DNA of 49,414 nucleotides from a virus (Duplodnaviria; Heunggongvirae; Uroviricota; Caudoviricetes): IMG/VR virus record IMGVR_UViG_3300027631_000003; one strand, 5' to 3'. Shown piece by piece: positions 46,077 to 49,414 of this stretch (position 1 is its first letter; each line of letters starts with the position of its first letter). The notes under the pieces were generated by a model. It saw only the letters and a program-made list of their open reading frames with translations, ran no database searches and was not told where the DNA came from. The position numbers and the translations under genes were made by a program.

Positions 46077-46445
46077 TTAACGTTTAATTACTAATGGTTT
46101 TTTAACTGATACACCATTGATATCAGTTAATGTTATATCGTATATTCCATCTTCTAAATCTTTGAAATCATATATTTTAGTTACAATTTCTGATTCAGCA
46201 GTTAATGGTAATGTTTTTACAGGTTCAGTAGCAGCAAATTTGTATACTTGTACAGAGTACTTAGCTCCAGTCGTAACCGCGTATTGTACTGTAACTTGAC
46301 CACCTGTTGATACTACACTGAGTATGTCGGTAGATTTTGCTGTAACTCCTAATTTAATGTCAGGTGTTGATAATACTTCCATATCACTGCATCCTGCGGT
46401 AATAAATATAAGGCCGATTAAAACAATTGATAATATATTTTTCAT
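46077..46445 (-). CDS. lipoprotein with T9SS C-terminal-domain-like Ig fold
   Basis: Lipobox TAGC; YSVQVYK...VKTL...DLEDGIYDITL...KKPLVIKR. Confidence 0.55.
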   Translation of the reverse strand: MKNILSIVLIGLIFITAGCSDMEVLSTPDIKLGVTAKSTDILSVVSTGGQVTVQYAVTTGAKYSVQVYKFAATEPVKTLPLTAESEIVTKIYDFKDLEDGIYDITLTDINGVSVKKPLVIKR

Positions 46446-46447
46446 AT

Positions 46448-48256
46448 TTAAAAGTTATTATATCCTGTTAATTTTATTGTTTCTGTATTTAAGTTAATTC
46501 CTAGCTGAGATCCGTTAGTAGATGCGGCATCTGTTGCAGTAGTTATTTTAATAAATGAATTAATATCTAATCCGTTTTGTAGAGCTGTAAATTTCAGTTT
46601 GAATGGAACTGTATTACCTGATAATGGAGTTTTTAATTTCTGATCAATTGCTCCAAATTTTACCTTGCCTGATGCTGAATTAGCAAATACATACCAATCA
46701 GCTGGTACTTCTGAACTCATTGAATCAAATTTAACTTTATTTGGATCGTATGCAAATTCAAATTGCAATGCAGCTACATCTTTTCCATTTGTATTAACTG
46801 CAACTGGTATTTCAATTGTATTTGAAGTTACTGTTACGTTTTTAATATTAACATCAATAGCAGGAACAGATTGAGGAGTATTAATAAATGATTCAGTACG
46901 GTTCATAATTGGACCAGCAGCATATCTTTTATTTGCAATACTTTTATTTAATGAAACTACAGCGTTTGTAGCTACAGCTCCATTTATTACTACTTGAGAT
47001 GAATGAGAACGATTTATATCACCAGGAAGTACATATTTTACATTAATTGTTAATGGTGTTCCTGGGGTAGCTGGAGTAGTGTATTCATAAGTACGCTGTG
47101 CATTAGTAGGTAATGTAGTAAATACGTTAGATGGGGTAGCAGCATTGAATTCAGCAGCTTTAAACGTAGGTAAACTCATCCACCCATTAGACCCAACTGT
47201 ATATCCTTCTGGTAATACGATTAATTGATTAACACCAACTGCTTGTGCATATAATTTAGTTAAATCACCACCATCGAATCCGTTTGATCTGTTAACATCT
47301 ACCGCCCAATATCCCATACCAGTTATAATACTAGTATTTTTATATGTTCTATCTAGATTTTGAGATACAAATTCTGCTTGTGCTGTTGTATAATCCGATA
47401 CTGATACTGCTGAGTTCATTATAGCTGGTAATTGATCCATATTGGCCATTACCATAATTTGATAAGCTGTATTTGCAGTTAATAATGAATCTACAATATT
47501 TACTGTACCATTTGCGGTTACATTAAACATTGGTCCTGTATTATCAGCTTTTTTAAATAATACTTTAACGTGAGTTGGATTAATATTTCCATTCAAATCC
47601 AATACCGCTTTAACAAATTTCTTAGCGTCTGGATTTTGGGTGATTACTGTAGTTAATGGTATTTCATTTAAACAAGCACCTGATGAACCATTTTGATTAA
47701 ATGATGCAGCAAAGTTCATTTTAATTGGATCCCAGGCATCACCTACTGCTGTTGTTTTTAATCTAAAGCGAAGTCTTAATAAATCACCATATCCATTATA
47801 AGGTAGTGGTGAATTAGTAGCCCAGTTTAAATAAACACGAATAATTGTTTTAGGACCACCTTGAGTAAAACTGTATCCCGCATTGTTGTAATTTTGATTA
47901 CCATTAGGGGATGTGTTATTACCATTTCCAGCAAATGAATAACCTGGATATGTGTAATTATCCATTGTAATAGAAGCACCTGCAGGAAGTACACCACCAT
48001 TACCACCTGTTCCAGTATTAATTACATTAATAAAATCAAATGCAGCATTATTAAATTCAAAATCAAAATACAATGAACGAGCAGTTGTATTTCCATTACC
48101 ATTTAATTGAACATTAACGATGAATTCATCACCTTTATCAATTACTCCACCAGCAATATCTACCTTAGTAGAGTCATCAGCTAACCTAATTTTAGGTTCT
48201 TGCGCAAACGCGGTTAAACTTACTAATGATAATAGTAAGAATAATAATTTTTTCAT
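46448..48256 (-). CDS. secreted cohesin/dockerin-like/cohesin protein
   Basis: Signal peptide; GDEFIVNV..FDFEFNNAAFDF; DVNRSNGFDGGD and GDINRS; IPVAV..ALQFEFAYDPNKVKF. Confidence 0.7.
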   Translation of the reverse strand: MKKLLFLLLSLVSLTAFAQEPKIRLADDSTKVDIAGGVIDKGDEFIVNVQLNGNGNTTARSLYFDFEFNNAAFDFINVINTGTGGNGGVLPAGASITMDNYTYPGYSFAGNGNNTSPNGNQNYNNAGYSFTQGGPKTIIRVYLNWATNSPLPYNGYGDLLRLRFRLKTTAVGDAWDPIKMNFAASFNQNGSSGACLNEIPLTTVITQNPDAKKFVKAVLDLNGNINPTHVKVLFKKADNTGPMFNVTANGTVNIVDSLLTANTAYQIMVMANMDQLPAIMNSAVSVSDYTTAQAEFVSQNLDRTYKNTSIITGMGYWAVDVNRSNGFDGGDLTKLYAQAVGVNQLIVLPEGYTVGSNGWMSLPTFKAAEFNAATPSNVFTTLPTNAQRTYEYTTPATPGTPLTINVKYVLPGDINRSHSSQVVINGAVATNAVVSLNKSIANKRYAAGPIMNRTESFINTPQSVPAIDVNIKNVTVTSNTIEIPVAVNTNGKDVAALQFEFAYDPNKVKFDSMSSEVPADWYVFANSASGKVKFGAIDQKLKTPLSGNTVPFKLKFTALQNGLDINSFIKITTATDAASTNGSQLGINLNTETIKLTGYNNF

Positions 48257-48744
48257 ATTTTGTCTAATAATTTAGTTGTTAATGAAACCGATGCTTTCTT
48301 CAACGCATTTGATAATGATGTTTGATTAAAACCACCTGCTTCAGAAATAACTAAAGTAGACATTGATACTTCGCTTGATTTTTCTGTTGCTGTTTTTGTT
48401 TTGACGACTTTATCGCCCTTTAATAATTTACCCACCATACTAATAACGACGGATTGTTTATCTTGGTGCATTATACCTATGCTTACATTTGATGATTCAA
48501 CATCTAAGAATACGATGTCGACTTGTACTGAATAATCAGCAGCGTCTTTAGTAGGTACTAATGAATAATTTTCGGATAATAGTTCTTCAACTATATTTTT
48601 AACACCAAATGCTAAATTGCGGTTTCCTGCTAATTTACCAATTTGGATTTTGTTTTCTACATTATGTAAAAACAATTTAGGAGTTTGCGCTTGGCTAATG
48701 AATGATGCCAAAACTAATATTAATATAGATATAATTTTTTTCAT
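48253..48744 (-). CDS. secreted CsgG-related/assembly-factor-like protein
   Basis: Signal peptide; FGVKNIVEELL and LSNALKKA parallel the 44030 protein. Confidence 0.5.
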   Translation of the reverse strand: MKKIISILILVLASFISQAQTPKLFLHNVENKIQIGKLAGNRNLAFGVKNIVEELLSENYSLVPTKDAADYSVQVDIVFLDVESSNVSIGIMHQDKQSVVISMVGKLLKGDKVVKTKTATEKSSEVSMSTLVISEAGGFNQTSLSNALKKASVSLTTKLLDKI

Positions 48745-48982
48745 GATGAGAACTAGGTCTATCATAAATATAGTATATACTACAAAATCAAATTTGAATA
48801 TTATAGGCGTAGTGTGGATTTTTCAACGAACATTATGGCAATTTGTCGTTTTCGTGGAAGTGTTATATACGTATTGTCGAACAAAATATAAAATAAAATG
48901 CCATTATTAGCAATTTCATTATTAATTAGTACATTATTTAGCGCGGTTTTAGTCAAATTTGACAATGCTGAGCGGAAATCAA

Positions 48983-49031
48983 AACAACCCATCTCTAACC
49001 GCAGACATGCTGGTGGAAGAAACGGGTTGTT
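48983..49031 (-). terminator. long hairpin, probable terminator
   Basis: 14-bp stem AACAACCCGTTTCT/AGAGATGGGTTGTT ending in TTTT. Confidence 0.55.
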
Positions 49032-49073
49032 AAATATTGATAAAGACTTATCTGTTTAGTAAAATAGTTATAC

Positions 49074-49414
49074 CTATAATGTCATAGGTTCTATTTTAAC
49101 GTGCTCTAACGAATCTTTTTCAATGATTTGTTTGAGCACTTTGATTTTTTTCTTAGTTTGAGTAAGATCCTTTTTATGTTGGGTTAATTTATCATCGGTT
49201 TTTTTCTCTTTTAACCAACTAGATGCAAAATCAGTTTTTTCTGTTTTGTTTACATCATCCCACATTTTACGATATTCAAGCGCTTTAATTTCTGATTGAA
49301 GCTTTTGCTCCATTATCATCTCATTGCTTAATTTTTGTCTGTAAAATGTCATGTCTTGATTAGGCATCGGACCACCTACGGCCAAACCAAGCATTATAAG
49401 TAACTCTTTTAAGT
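49074..49414 (-). CDS. coiled-coil protein, probably 5'-truncated by window edge
   Basis: Frame stays open upstream of ATG 49394 (LKELLIM...). Confidence 0.6.
   Translation of the reverse strand, partial: LKELLIMLGLAVGGPMPNQDMTFYRQKLSNEMIMEQKLQSEIKALEYRKMWDDVNKTEKTDFASSWLKEKKTDDKLTQHKKDLTQTKKKIKVLKQIIEKDSLEHVKIEPMTL

Noticed and set aside
1576-48910. All plus-strand ORFs in the track (e.g. 6056-6652, 25702-26229, 40636-41265)
   Set aside because: Antisense shadows lying over well-supported minus-strand genes, with no recognisable motifs
1-49414. Stop-codon recoding
   Set aside because: Conserved genes are full length in code 11; TAA, TAG and TGA all terminate genes
1-49414. Bacterial chromosome origin (groEL, hpt, folE, glf, TonB receptor)
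   Set aside because: T4-like PolB/clamp/clamp loader, endolysins, dense single-strand small ORFs and shared promoter motifs indicate one phage genome

Overview
A 49.4 kb AT-rich segment of a large T4-like or jumbo dsDNA phage genome. Essentially all genes are on the minus strand and use the standard code. The host is most likely Bacteroidota: there is a DUF4494-like gene, a SusC-type TonB-dependent receptor, Bacteroidota-type lipoproteins, and a recurring promoter ending in TAnnTTTA. Contents: (1) a replication core (family B DNA polymerase, gp45-like clamp, gp44/gp62-like clamp loader, PD-(D/E)XK exonuclease) with GroEL/GroES; (2) two glycan-building clusters (about 13 glycosyltransferase-like genes, Glf, RfbD, two methyltransferases); (3) nucleotide metabolism genes (hpt, folE, MazG-like); (4) two endolysins (GH24, GH19) and a holin candidate; (5) a TonB receptor plus beta-helix lipoprotein operon preceded by Pho-box-like direct repeats; (6) an envelope module (two CsgG-like proteins, a cohesin-dockerin-cohesin protein, a stand-alone T9SS-CTD-like lipoprotein, two beta-barrels). 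The most unusual signal is non-coding: three tRNA-shaped RNAs that keep an acceptor stem, a T-arm or T-loop and a G discriminator but carry large structured insertions. One is a tRNA-Asp(GUC)-like RNA with a 78-nt branched variable arm. Next to that RNA are a four-hairpin RNA and a CAU tRNA with an atypical T-loop. Protein calls come from motif recognition by eye and RNA folds from manual pairing; no database searches were run.
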